Positions 36,935-50,569 are shown, numbered from the stretch's first letter. The stretch is DNA of 64,000 nt from Octopus vulgaris (GCA_951406725.2 OX597821.1:117304001-117368000), one strand, 5' to 3'. The notes: a model not told the origin generated them from the sequence alone. Numbers and translations: made by a program.

Positions 36935-37600
36935 GGCATCTGGCACCCATACTGGTGGCACATAAAAAGCACCTGTCGAGTGTTGGGCCTCACAGAGGCA
37001 ATGTGGCTGATGCCAGTGTCACATAACTGGCACCTTTGATGAGTGTAGAACATTTACCTGACCAAGGACAATTAGCCCTGAGGACAACAGATGATGATTT
37101 AAAACTTAATATATTGGAGAGGGGGTAATTAACTAAGGGAGGTGGGGTAATTGTCTTAGGGGGTAGTTGTTGTCGGGGAGGGATTGTCATATGGGGGGGG
37201 GGTAATTGTCCTGATACGCCTTCACTAATGTCACATAAAAAGCACCTTTCGAGGTGGTGAAGCATGATATCCAAACTGTGAGCTTCATGGAGGCAATGAC
37301 AAATGACTGAGATCCTTGGCAATATGCCGTGCTCAAGAAGACCCATCAAGCCAAGTGAAATCATAAACGTGGCGAATACTGGTGTCATGCAACCAGCTCA
37401 CGTTCTGGTGGCATGTAAAAGCACCCAGTACACTCTGTAAAGTGGTTGGCATGAGGAAGGGCATCCAGCTATAGAAACCTTGTCAGATCAGATTGGAGCC
37501 TGGTGCAACCTCCTGGCTTGCCAGTCTTCAGTCAAACTGTCCAACCCATTCCAGCATGGACAACAGATGTTAAATGATGACGACAATGATGATGATGATG
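36935..37600 (+). mobile_element. Family C RTE 3' region with a nested small fold-back element (about 37040-37218)
   Basis: Family C motifs and (GAT)n tail; the insert has GGACAATTAGCCC on the left and repeated GGGGTAATTGTCC on the right. Confidence 0.6.
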
Positions 37601-38999
37601 AAGGTGTCAGATGCGAGATCTGCCTTGTTTGAACATAAAAACAGGTAGAATATTCGGATTAAATGGTAAAAGGTTAAATGGAGATGATTCTTATAATTTC
37701 TATGTTCTGAATTTCAATTTCTGCCAGAATTTACATTACCCTTTAGCGCAAATTGTGTATGTAAAAAAAATATCATTAAGACAGAGGCTAGTGGTATCCT
37801 TGACTTATATTACTCCTGTTATAAAAAAAAAAAATGAAAAGCTCTTGTCTGTGTTTAGTTAAAAAAAGAAATCTTTTACGTATGTGCAAAACGTGTGTGT
37901 CAGAGAGAGAGGTTTAAAGAAATATAACTAGAAAATTGTGAATGATACCAAGCCAAAATAGGTTGTGTAGTTAATGTAGTGCTGATATTTTAGAGAACAG
38001 AAACACATAAAAAAGACAAATAAAATCTGTTAGAGCTTGAATACAAAATTCTGAAATCAAAAACAAAAACCAAGTAAAATGAAAATAAAAATAGATTTTT
38101 GTTGATTTACTTTCAATGATTTAGGACTGACAGATGTTGATCAGTCTAATCAATGAGTGATCCATAATGATTGTTTTATGTAAAAGATGGAAGTGTGTAA
38201 CAAAAAAAAAGAAAACAACATAAAAATGCTGCTTAAAATAAAATGCTAAAAGTTGGAAAATTGTGCGTTTGAAGATGAAAGGCGACCACTTGACGTATAA
38301 ACAAGTGTTGTTTTATGACATGCAGGGTATCAATATTCGTTTAACAAATACGTCAATATGTTAGCTAACTGCATCTTTTTACACGACCTCACAACGGGTC
38401 TTTTTGTTTTTTTTACTTCTGAACTTGCTACTTGGCTGACAAACAACTTGGCTTTCTGTTTCTTTCCCTCTTCTCTCTTTTGACACATTAACAAGTAGCA
38501 CCATGGATTTTGATATATTGACATCTGGAAAGATTGTCTTCCGCATTGGTCTGAGGTGCCTGAGGAATTGGTTACAGGATCAACCATTTTGATACCAACT
38601 GGCTTGAAATCACTCCTGGTTCTATGAGACAAGCTTCCTGCTTAAGTGAATTAAATCAAAACTTGGCCTCAAAATTTCACATTAATTTAGGTTCTAAACA
38701 ACAGAATAGTAATTGTTTCAAATTTTGGGATGAAACCAGCAATTTCAGAAGAGAGAAAAGGGTGGTTACATCAACCACAATAGGTACTTATTTTATGTAA
38801 AGACCCTGAATGGAGGCAAAGTCAACCTAGGCAGAATTTGAACTTAGAACATAAAAGAGCCAGATGAAATGCTTCTTAACATTTTGTTGGACACACTAAC
38901 AAATAAACACTGGCACCAATAGACAGTTCTTTTACTAAATCATCATCAGCATCATTGTCAGCATCATCATTTAACATCCACCTTTCCATACTTGTATGA

Positions 39000-39937
39000 C
39001 ATCATCATCGTCGTTTAACATCTGTTTTCCATGCTGGCATGGGTTGCATGGTTTGACTGAGGGCTGAAAAGCCAGGAGGCTGCACCAGGCTCCAATCTGA
39101 CCTGGTAATGTTTCTACAGCTGGATGCCCTTCCTAACGCCAACCACTCCAAGTGTATAGTGGGTGCTTTTTACGTGCCGCCAGCACAGGAGCTAGTCAGG
39201 TGGGCCTGGCATCAATCACGTTTGGATAGTGCTTTTTACGTGCCACCAGCATAGGAGCCAGTCAGGGGGCACTGGCATCAATCATGTTCGGAGATTAATT
39301 GAATCAAAACTATTGTATTTCAACAGAAATATGGTAACAAAAGAATTAAAGTAGCCAAACACTGAACTATAAATAAAAAACGAGATTTTATAACCAGAAG
39401 TATATTTAACCGTTTAGCATTAAAACCAATCATATCTGGCCAAATACAGATCAGGCTTATCATACTTACCTCATAATGTTATTCTAAAAATAAACAATCA
39501 CATCATTGAAACCTCAAAGCTACAAGTTAAGACATGATTAATTTAAAACAATCTGCTGGAGCCATATAAAAGCACCCATATTAGTGCCACATGAAGGTGC
39601 CATGTAAAAAAGCACCCATGCTGGCAATCCATATAAAGCACCCGTGCTGGTGTCATGTGGTAAGTACCAGTGCTGGCCACCACGTAAAAAGCACCTATGT
39701 TGGTGTGACATAAAAAGCACCCAGTACACTCTGTAAAGTGGTTGGCATTAGGAAGGGCATCCAGACATAGAAACCACTCCAAAGCTGACAATTGATGCCT
39801 GGGACAGCTTTCTGGCTTGCCAGTTCCAATCAAACCATCCAAGCCATGCCAGTATGGAAAACGGACATTAAATGATGATGATAATGGATGTAAATAATAA
39901 GCATAACATTTGATGGTGGAATCTGAATGCTAAGGGG
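39000..39937. mobile_element. Family C 3' ends (39000-39292 minus; 39560-39885 plus, nested in piggyBac MITE 39410-39937)
   Basis: TTAA|CCGTTTAGCATT ... AATGCTAAGGGG|TTAA encloses the plus-strand copy. Confidence 0.75.
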
Positions 39938-40642
39938 TTAACTGAATTTCCTATGGGTTCATGCGACATCATTTGCATACAGATTTTGCATCATTTTATT
40001 TCTGATGTCCAACACCCTTACATCTAAATTCAGCATTTGTTCCTTTCTCCCAAGTACCCTCTATTATTAGCATGCTGCTCTTTTCACCCAGCACTCAACT
40101 CCTCAACTATTTCAATCACACGTCCATCGCAAGTGCAGTTGTTGTTGCTGTTGCAGATATCAGCTGCTGCCTTTTAATGCTCGGCCATTATGCAGGCTTT
40201 ATTTGAGCCAGTCACCTTTCATGCAAGTCAATGAAGCACATCCAACAGCCGGAGGGGAGGCAGGAGGGGGCTTTACTGATGATTCATATGTAGTTTAATT
40301 CTTTAATCAAGCTTTTCCTACGGAAATCAATAATGTGAAGGGCTAAATTTCCATTTTTATTTTTGTGTATACTCTGTCATAACGAATTAAACGAACATTT
40401 ATTAGTTTATTAATATAACAAGAGCAAAGAGCAGTGGTAGAAGTGGTAGAGAAATACTTTGCATCCATTTACATTCTGAGCTCAAATTTCACCAAAACCT
40501 TCCACCTGTCCAAGTGTGATAAAACCAGATGCCAGCCAAATACGGCATGCAGCCCACATACTCTCTTGCCAAAAGTGTGTGGACCCCTATCCTGGGCCTA
40601 TGTTGCAAACAGTGGGTATAAGACAAAAAATAAAAAATAAAG

Positions 40643-40856
40643 TTACTACTACTACTACTACCATTGCTGCTGCTGCTGCTAAAATACTACTACTACTACC
40701 ACTGTCACTACTACTACTACTACCACTGCCACTACTACTACTACTACCACTGCCACCACTACCACTACTACTACGACTACCACCACCACCACCACTACTA
40801 CTACAGCCACCACAACTACTACTGCTGCTGCTACTACTACTACTACTACTACTACA
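40643..40856. repeat. (CTA)n/(CCA)n/(CTG)n trinucleotide field
   Basis: Seen directly; explains ORFs 40516.., 40664.. and 40679... Confidence 0.9.
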
Positions 40857-41516
40857 TTATTTAGCACCAAAGCAAGGTTATGGAGGAGACACTTTATGAT
40901 GCTGAATTTGTTTATAACAATTTCTTTTTTTTCTCTTTTTTTTTGTGCTGTCGTAGTTAAGAGAATTCCCTCTTTGCCATGAATAGTCATAAAACTCTCG
41001 ATAAAATACTGGAAATCAAAGAAATCAATTAGAAAAGATAAATAGCTTTATCCACAGCAACAGTAGTCGGTTGTTGCTGCTTTACTTACACTTGTTGTTG
41101 TTGTTGTTGTTGTTGTAATAGCCATACGATGCCTAAGATAGATGTATTTCATGGATAAAAGAGAAACAGCAAGAGATTTTTACAAGAAACGGAGAGAAAA
41201 AAAAAAAAAAATCGCTTACAGAATACTCATAATTCATATGAAAAAAATCAGAGATGACAAACACAGAAACATTAGCACGAAGATTGCTTGCTATATACAA
41301 CATGAACATAGAAACAAATGCGTATATATAGCAGTGCATGTATGTAGAAATATGTTGTATAATATATTGCAAACAGTCGAGGTATACCACCAGCAGTCAG
41401 GAAGATTCTCTTAATGTTCCCATTTGTCAATGGCGAATAAGTATTCATGGACATTGACTTTGTGATTTTCACACGCAGATCATTGTATGTGCAAAAATAT
41501 TTAGTAAATACAAAGG

Positions 41517-42510
41517 ATCAGGTGCTGCAGTGTGGTAAGAAGCTTGTTTCCCCAACTACATAGTTCTGAGTTCAGTCCCACTGGGTGGCACACCGGGCAA
41601 GCAACATCTATTATAACCTATTTCTTTACTACCCACAAGGGGCTAAACACAGAGAGGACAAACAAGGACAGACAAACAGATTAAGTTGATTATATCGACC
41701 CCAGTGCGTAACTGGTACTTAATTTATCAACCCCGAAAGGATGAAAGGCAAAGTCGACCTCGGCGGAATTTGAACTCAGAACATAGTGGCAGACGAAATA
41801 CGGCTACGCATTTTGCCCGGTGTGCTAATGTCTCTGCCTGCCTATAACCGCAGGCTGACCGAAGCTTTGTGAGTGGATTTGGTAGCACTCTGTCAGTTGC
41901 GACGACGAGGGTTCCTGTTGATCCAATCAATGGAACAGCCTGCTCATGATATTAACGTGCAAGTGGCTGAGCACTCCACAGACACGTGCACCTTTAATGT
42001 AGTTCTCGGGGAGATTCAGCGTGACAAGGCTGGCTCCTTTGAAATACAGATACAACAGAAACAGGAAGAAAGACTGAGAGAAAGTTGTGGTGAAAGAGTA
42101 CAGCAGGGTTCAACACCAACCCCTGCTGGAGCCTCATGGAACTTTAGGTGTTTTCGCTCAATAAACATTCACAACGCCTGGTCTGGGAATCGAAACCATG
42201 ATCCTACGACTGTGACTCTGCTGCACTAACCATGCCGTTCAAGAATTTGGACCTGGAGATCTCCATTTCCAGTGACTTCGAGAGCCACCTCCCAGTGGTG
42301 TCAGGCGTCAACAAAGAGCCCTTGACTACAAGACGACCAAAGTTCTTTTTTTTCCAAGGTCTGGGGTCTCCCGTCCCTAAGCCCTAGACCATCACCTAAT
42401 CACCCTGACCCGTCTTGTTGCTTAACAACAACAAGCACTAACCACTGGGCCATTGCGCCTTCACAGTGGATTTGGTAGACGGAAACTGAAAGATGCCTGT
42501 CACATGCACA
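41517..42510 (+). mobile_element. Family A SINE carrying nested family B (41619-41842) and family E (41886-42464) SINEs; E itself carries a 202-bp retro-insert (42233-42434)
   Basis: TSDs: TATAACC (41612 and 41843), AGTGGATTTGGTAG (41872 and 42465), GCACTAACCA (42223 and 42435). Confidence 0.85.
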
Positions 42511-42659
42511 CACACACACATATATATATATACATGTAAGTAAGTACATATATGTATGTATATATGCATATATATATATTATTTATATTATATGATTGAA
42601 CACCACGCATCCTCTTCCAAGTAAGTTTTATCATTTATATATATATATATATATATATA

Positions 42660-43312
42660 CTAGCAGTATCGCCCGGTGTTGCTCGGGTTTGTAAGGGAAA
42701 TAACTATATAAGCATTTTTAGTGAGTTATAGCAAAAAAATAGCAAAAAAATGCTGGCAATTTTTTTTTTTAAATCGTTGACTCATCGTAGACATTTTTAG
42801 AGAGTTACTTCCCTTATATAATAGCGAAAAAATGCATTAAAATGGAAAAAATGATGGTAATTTTTTTTTAAATCGTAGACTCATGTAGACGCTTTCTTAG
42901 CCATTTCTGTTTTGGTGTCTTCAAGCCATGAAGTCGTTGTTCTAAAAGAATGCTGGTCTCCTTGACAACGCATTACGACGTTGATTTCCTTACACTCCCT
43001 TCCCCACAGCTTCACGAGGGAGGGAAGAAGGGGGAGAAGCAAACACAGGTGCAGCTGTGAGCGTGGATGCCAACTCCGCCGCCATCGACACACGAAAAAT
43101 TATGCATTAAAATGGAATAAAAAATGATGTTAAATTCTTTTTAAAATCGTAGACTCATCGTAGACGCGCGCTAATACTCAGACGGGCTCGATATGAATCA
43201 CGACTATAAGATACCCGAATTTGGTTAAACTGCACCGCAAAATGTGGGAGTAGTTAGGAATCTAAATCGAAGGGGACAGACACTCACACAACTAGAGTTT
43301 TATATATATAGA
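42660..43312 (-). mobile_element. Non-autonomous Helitron, about 650 bp
   Basis: Minus strand begins A|TCTATATATATAAAAC and ends CCCGAGCAACACCGGG hairpin-CGATACTG-CTAG|T; inserted between A and T with no TSD. Confidence 0.85.
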
Positions 43313-44034
43313 TATATATATACACATATATACATACACACACACACAAACACACTATACATACATATTCCCGGACATCATGTAATCTATGATGTAACAC
43401 ACATTTTATATGAATGTAGGGCCCATGTGGCAAATGAATGAAAGACTCATCATCATCAACAAGATGACAATGATGATGATGTCCATCATCATAAGGACAA
43501 CATCATGCAGAAATAAATTGGTTTGGCCATATTTCTTATTAGGTCCATTACAAGCCAGAGTCAGATACACGACTAGCAGTTCAGTGATATCTGTTTGATT
43601 CACAACAAGGTTGGATTTTTATTCCCCCCTGCTTCCTTCCTATTCTAAATACACTGATCTGAGGAATGATCCAAATCCCACATTGTTCATGAGTCATATA
43701 AAGGCTTTGTGTGAATAACATTTAATGAAGCAGTCCCATAATGCCCTGTGCCAAGAGAAGCTATTGATCCTGTTGAATTTTAGCATTATAAAAGACCCCA
43801 GAAAAGACCACAAAAAATTACTAATACATCTGCTAGCAAACTGACTGGAGATATGAAGTAACAGAAGTAAATGCAGACTCTGAGACTCAGAGATAAATTC
43901 GGTTGCTGGTTAACTCCAGGAACCTATCAAGAAAGGTGTTTCAGTCATCTTTTATCTTTTACTGGTTTCAGTCACTGGACTGTGGCCATGCTGGAATACT
44001 GCCTTGAAAGGCTTTAATTGAACAAAAGTTTCCT

Positions 44035-44290
44035 GCTGAAATTTGTTGACGCTATATCGAAGAGGCCAGGGAACAGAAGAAAGAAGACATGCACCCAACA
44101 CCAGAGCTGAAGACACCTTCGAAATGGGGGGGGGGCACGTCAAAATGGTAGAGGAGTAGGGGCCGAAACCGGACGTGGTTCCTCCTGATGATGTCTTGAG
44201 ATAACTGGATCCTATAAAGGAGCTGTTGTGGTAGCAGACCACGAAACAGTTGAAATTACTCCCGAGGATGTAAACAAATCAACATCAGTT
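44035..44290 (+). mobile_element. Penelope-like remnant with two tandem hammerhead motifs, inserted in a family A SINE
   Basis: CTGAAGA 44107 ... GAAACCGG 44165; TCCTC-CTGATGA 44185 ... GAAACAGT..ACT 44243 ... GAGGA 44264. Confidence 0.55.
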
Positions 44291-44332
44291 GTACATGGTG
44301 GAATGGACGGATGGACAGATGGATGCATGCAT

Positions 44333-44387
<55 letters not shown>

Positions 44388-44651
44388 CATGATGGGCTGT
44401 TTCAGTTTCTGCCTAGCAAATCCACTAACAAGGCTTTAGTCAGCCCAGGGTTATTCCAGAATTATTTCAGGGATGTCTCTATCTCTTCCAGTTCATGTGG
44501 CTGATGATTAGCCAAGATGCCAGAAATGGATTTACCTTTCTACCACCTGGGGGTCAGGAAATGATGGGTGGTGTTTTTAACATCTATTGCCTAAAGGGAG
44601 AAAGCAAATTAGCATTGAGTATGGCCTTAGTACGGGTCAAATATGTCTAAA

Positions 44652-44865
44652 CCCTTTAGCATTTAAACCAGCTATATCCAGCCCAAATATTCTACCTGTT
44701 TTATGTTCAAACAAGCCAGATCCTACCTATCACATCTTTTCTACAATGTCACTCTAAAAATAAGCACCATCAAAATCTCAAAGGTACAAGTTAATGCATG
44801 ATTAATTGAAAACAATGTGAATAAATAATCAATACATTTGACAGAATAATCTGAATGCTAAAGGG
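44652..44865. mobile_element. piggyBac-type MITE
   Basis: CCCTTTAGCATT ... AATGCTAAAGGG terminal inverted repeats with TTAA-like flanks. Confidence 0.85.
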
Positions 44866-45817
44866 ATAAACATATTTGTACTGATCTCTAAATGTTTGTT
44901 TACTCACAACACTGTTTTCACTTGCCCTTTGCAATATCTCAATAGTATTTATTGTCAGCATGTATATATATATATTGTATATATTGTATTCACTGTTGTA
45001 GCCTCTCTCTACATATATGGCCAGTTGAACTGAGTGAAATCGTAGTTGTGGACGATGTCAGCACTGTCTGAATGGCATGTGAAAAGCATCATTCGAGCCT
45101 TAGGCCTCATGGAGGTAGTAACAGGTGATCGAAACCCTAGGTGGTATACCGTTCTTGTGTTGATCTGTCAAGCCAAGTGAGATCATAGTCATGGCCGAAG
45201 CTGGCGTCAGGTTAATGGTACCTGTGCCAGTAGCATGTAAAAGGCACCCACTACACTCTTGGAGTGGTTGGCATTAGGAAGGCATCAAGCTGTAGAAACC
45301 CCTCCAGATCAGATTGGAGCCTGGCGCAGCCTCCTGGTTTGCCAGTCCCCAGTCAAACAGTCCAACGCATGCCAGCATGGAAAACGGACATTAAACGATG
45401 ATGATGATGATGATGTAACTCTTCACAAACGAAAATACACAATATGAAATCAAAATAAAAAAAAACAAAAATCAATTGGACTTACACAGTGAACGTTTTT
45501 AATGGAAAAATAGGAATGGAAATGACTTTTTGAGCATGAGGCATTTCATCGGATTAGAAAGAAAAGTCCAGAGAAGAGGAAAAGCAGGAAGGATAGTCTG
45601 GAGAAAAGTATGTGTGGCCACGTGGTGAAATATATATATATATACGAATATGACAAGCTTCTTTGAGTTTCCATCTACCAAATCCACTCAAAAGTCACAA
45701 GGCTTTGATTGACCCAAGGCTATAGTAGAAGATACCTACTCGAGGTACCATGCAATGGAAATGAACCTGAAACCATGTGGTTAAGAGACAAACAGTTTAA
45801 CTACATAACAACCATAA

Positions 45818-46037
45818 CTCTTTCGTTACTGTAATTATTTTGAGATGCTCTGTGTTTCTTTCAATTACTTTAAATATAACAAAGAATTTAGTAAAATAAC
45901 TTAGTTGTCATTAAGCTAGTGTTAGGAACACAAATTGTGACTAAGGTTTGGTGGAAGATTCTAATTCAGAACTTACGAAAACAAGACATTTGTACTCAGA
46001 GCCAGAGCCGGTTTCAGCCAGGTTGGTAACGAAAGGG
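45818..46037. mobile_element. Second piggyBac-type MITE family
   Basis: ATAA|CTCTTTCGTTAC ... GTAACGAAAGGG|TTAA. Confidence 0.75.
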
Positions 46038-46969
46038 TTAAAAGTATAGTACATCGAAGGCCATAATATTGAAGATAAATGGTCTTTCTATTGCAGGGTG
46101 GGAGATTTAGTTTAGGAAATACTTTTAATATTAAAAAATATTTGAAGCAAGTATTCTTAAGTTTGATCTCTCCCTGGAAGCCAACATATCAACTGCAAAG
46201 TAAGAGAATGGTATTTATTTTCTGCCAGTCTTGCTGGATAGATTAATCAATCTATCACCAATGCAATAATAAAATAATATCATGGTTAATCTTTTCCAAT
46301 CTCAGAAATATAGAAATATAAAAAAGAGAGTTCAACATAGCCACTATACATATACATATATACACACACACACACATTTATACTCACATACATGTATACA
46401 CACACACACACATTTATATTCACATACATGTATACACACACACACACACACACACATTATGTACGTGTAATATGGGAATGCTGCTACTTGTCTCCATATA
46501 TATGTTAGAGGATTCATTAGAATCTAGGCACATCCACAAGTAGGTCGCCAGAACTGGCTGATACCATAACATAGGGCTCCCGGTGAGGTAAATCAACCAT
46601 GTGGTATCGTGTGTTGCTAATATACCACAGTTATGTAGAGATGTAAGTACTAAATACAATTTAAACCGCAGACCCGACTCAAGGTTGATTTCAGAGGCAG
46701 TGCAGGTGTAAAAAGAACACATACACACATGCATGTGTATATGTATATGTGTGTGTGTGTGTGAGTGTGTGTATGTGTTCCTCCACTCCTCTGTCTGCCT
46801 TGTCAAGCATTTCCCTCCAGTTATCATCCCCTAACATCTATCACTCCTCTAACAATGGTACTACTGAACTGCTATAATCACCTGAGAACAGAATTTGCAC
46901 ATATTACACTCCCTCTCTTCTGGTTAACCCCCATCTGGGACCACCGCCAATCCTTATTATCATCTACAC

Positions 46970-47683
46970 AAGTGTTTCTAAACCGTTTTACCCTTGCGTA
47001 ACCCTTAAAATAAATTACATGTCTCAAGGAACCCCTGCACAAAAAAAAATTATATGCCATATCCTTCTCATATTTTTTCATTGTAGTTCATGTGGTGAAT
47101 ATCATATACATACATACATATATGTATATATATTTATATATAGGGTATCCATAAATTACAGACATCACTAAATATATCCCCAATGGTTGTTATATTTTTT
47201 TGATAACATAATAGGTTAGAGAGGATGATGTCTATATTACAATAACCAATAATATTAGAAAATTACTATTTTTTAAATCTCACGAGAGATATTCAGCAAC
47301 AGTACTTTGGAGGAAAGATTTTTGCCAATGTAACATGGCAGTCCTGGTTTAGGACGAATGTTGCTGTAATCGCGATACACAGATATCGTTTTGAGCTGAG
47401 TGGGAGGGCTAGATTCCCTTGTTTGAAAATATAAGGACACAGATTGTGTCATATAGCCAGCTGGAGACGATGTCTCCTGGGGCTAAATTACAGCAACATT
47501 CATTCTAAACCAGGACTGCCATAATATGTTGGCAAATAATCTTTACTACAAACCAATATGTTGTGCATGTATAGTAATATATCATGATCATGACATTAGC
47601 TTATCTCATTCTTTCTAGCAGAACCCCTAGTAATCTTTTGTGGAACCCCTTGGTTATGGGGGAACCCTGGTTAAGAAATGCTG
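46970..47683. mobile_element. hAT (Charlie-like) non-autonomous element with a nested family D fold-back copy (about 47262-47552)
   Basis: Ends AAGTGTTTCTAAACC / GGTTAAGAAATGCTG, subterminal GGAACCC repeats, 8-bp TSD ATCTACAC / CTCTACAC. Confidence 0.75.
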
Positions 47684-48668
47684 CTCTACACTATTTCTAC
47701 CAATCACCTCCCTGCTGTGCCTTCAGCCACTGCTTTCTTCCCCACTGCTATTCTCCATTCTTAACATCTCTCTTATCTGCTATTATTCCCAGTGCCCTCC
47801 CATATCTCTCATCAGGTCCCTCTTACTATAGCCCCTTATGTACTTCTATATCTCCCCTGCTCCACATCATCCCATTACCTTCTCAGCTATTCCCCTTCCT
47901 GAGCCACTCCTATATCTCCCACCTTACCCTTCTCCATACTGGTATCACTCTTCAACTGTACCTACATCCTTGTCTACCACTCATTATATTCATCTTTAAT
48001 CTGTTACTCCACCCTGCCACCCTCTTATGAAAGTATCCACTCTCTCATCCCCCTCCACATCCCACAGTCTCTCCCCTCTACCTTCAGAGTTTGCTCTAGC
48101 AGCCTGTCACTTCCTTTTATCTCCTTCAGACATGTATTTCCATGCTATACTTGTCCCTCTATCATAGATACTGTCCCTCTATCATACTTTAGCCATTCAA
48201 CACCTGGCATAAAGCCAAGCACATTCATTTTCCCCACTCAAATACTCCCTTCTTAGTTGTAGGAGCCTTTTCTTTTTTTCTCTGTTCTTTTTCTGTCTTG
48301 CAAGTTAACATGGCAACCTCACTAATGTTGGTGCCACGAAGAAAAGCACCGAGTACACCCTGTCAAGTGGTTGACATGAGGAAAGACATTCAGCAGTAGA
48401 AACCATGCCAAAGCAGACACTGAATCTTGATGCAGCTTTGCAGCTTGCTGGATCTTGTCAAATCATCCAATCTGAGCCAGCACTGAAAATGGATGTTAAA
48501 CAATAATGGTGTGTATATACATATGTATGTGTGTGTGTGTGTGTGTGTATCACACAATCGACCAGGCTATCAGATATTGTCATGCATCACTGGTTACAAT
48601 GTTCTTTGCATTGTTTTTAGTTTTTGGCTGGGCAAGCAGGTCAATATTTACATACATACACACACATA

Positions 48669-49930
48669 CAGAGGGTGTAATAGGTAAATTGTCGCCATTT
48701 TATATCTTTTTAATTTCATGTAGGTGCATTGTTTGCTTTTAATTTTGTTGACTACCTAGTATAGTAGGGTCAGTTGGGCACTGACTGTGAGAAAAGCAGC
48801 ACCATTACGCAATTCACTCTGCTACAACTATGAAAACGACATGCTCCAATGCGAACATTTCAGAGTGTTTGGGTGTCAATCTGAGGACAGTGCAGAGGAT
48901 TCGGAAAGAGTTGGATGAGTCTAATGGTGATTACGAAGCTTGGAAAACTCACTCTGATTGTTCTGATAAGAAAAAAACACCTGAATTTGTTGGTGGGATC
49001 CAGGCCATGATTGACAACAATCCCTCCAAGTTAGTCAGGTCCATTGCCAGGGACATGGGAGTGTCTGAGTTTCTTATCAGGCAAGTAGTGCATGAAGACA
49101 TGCAGTATTCCTCATACAAGATGAGAAGGGGCCAATTTTTATCCCAAGTCATCAAGGACATGAGGAAAGAATGCGCTACAAAGCTTTTCAACAAACTCAA
49201 GCATCCCCCGCCAACTGAACATGCTTTGGTTTTTCTCAGACGAGAAAATTTTCTACCAGGATCAGATGGTGAACACACAGAACAACCACTGGCTTGCCAT
49301 GTCCCCAAAACATGTACCAAGAGTGATAAAAATCAAACATCCAGTCAACATCATGGTGTTTGGAGTGATCACTAGTGATAGCAACATTATGCCTCTATTC
49401 ATCTTCCCACATAGCCTCAGACTCAACATAGAGGCCTACATCAAGTACTTGAAAGAGGTAGTACTGCCCTGGATCAAAAGGGTAGCTGCTGGAAGACCCT
49501 ATGTCTGGCAAGAGGATTTTGCACACAAGCAGGAGAATCCAGTTATAGCTGTCAGAAAATTTCTGCGACCACATCATTTCTAACGTCTGGCCACCTAACT
49601 CCCCAGACTGCAACCCCCTTGATTACTATGTGTGGGGTGCAGTTGAGCGAGAGACCAACAAAACTTCTTCTAACACCAAAGATGAACTGAAGGCAAGGAT
49701 TATGGCAGCATTCAACAACTTAAACAAGGAGACCATCCAAAAGAAATGCAGGAGATTCCGAAGTCATCAGGAGGCCATGGTTGAAGCCAATGGCGATTTT
49801 AATGAATAAATTTACGTTTTATTATTTCAAGACATTTTTTTGTAATTTTGGAAAATACATCTGTTAAAATGAAATGTCTGTTATTTTCATTTCTGTGTAA
49901 CTTAGATGACAGTTTATTCACCGCACCCTG
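48669..49930 (+). mobile_element. Full-length decayed Tc1/mariner element, DD37D (maT) family
   Basis: Imperfect TIRs CAG(A)GGGTG..TAAATTGTC / GACAGTTTATTCACCGCACCCTG enclosing a transposase pseudogene. Confidence 0.88.
48830..49809 (+). pseudogene. DD37D transposase pseudogene (at least two frameshifts and one internal stop)
   Basis: HTH region (ISECLGVNLRTVQRI; RSIARDMGVSEFLIRQVV), FSDEK, VWQED, WPPNSPDCNPLDYYVWG, ending EANGDFNE*. D2-D3 spacing is 37 if an 8-nt deletion (PxH) is restored. Confidence 0.88.
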
Positions 49931-50569
49931 TGTGTTTCTGTGTATATATAAATGAAAGTTGCAGAAATATCTGACATGGATACACCCTGCTTATCAAAGA
50001 GTCCGCATGAAATGTTAACCGCAAATATCTCCGAATGTATCACATTACTGTAGCTTAGTGATATTTTATTACTCTTGCCTTTCAGGCTTAGAAACTATGT
50101 TGTATATTAATTCTTAATTATTAATATCAAATGCATTCCTTACACTTTAAATGCTGATTTCCATCACTTTCCTAAATAGCCCATTAAAACATTTCAGATG
50201 GTTGAATTGTTTTATAAACATATATGTGTGTGGGTGTGAGTGTATTTATATATATATATATATATATTTAAAAAAAATTTTTTTAATTTTCTTTTACTTG
50301 TTTCAGTTGTTAAACTGTGGCCATGCTTGAGCACTGGCTTTAGCTGAACAAATCGACCCCAGGACTTATTCTTTGTAAGCCTAGTACTTATTCTATCGGT
50401 TTCTTTCGCTGAACTGCTAAGTTACAGGGATGTAAACGCACCAGCATTGGTGTCAGGCAATGTTGGGGGGACAAACACAGACACATACACATTATATATA
50501 CGACGGGCTTCTTTCAGTTTCCATCTACCAAATCTACTCACAAGGCTTTGGTCGGCCCATATATATAAA

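Noticed and set aside
38330-38632. 100-aa minus ORF, and ORFs at 58363-58747
   Set aside because: No recognisable homology or consistent splice signals; lengths are compatible with chance.
45520-45555. Minus-strand CCGATGA...CTCAAAAAGTC hammerhead-like relic
   Set aside because: Two core mismatches and poor stems; too degenerate to call.
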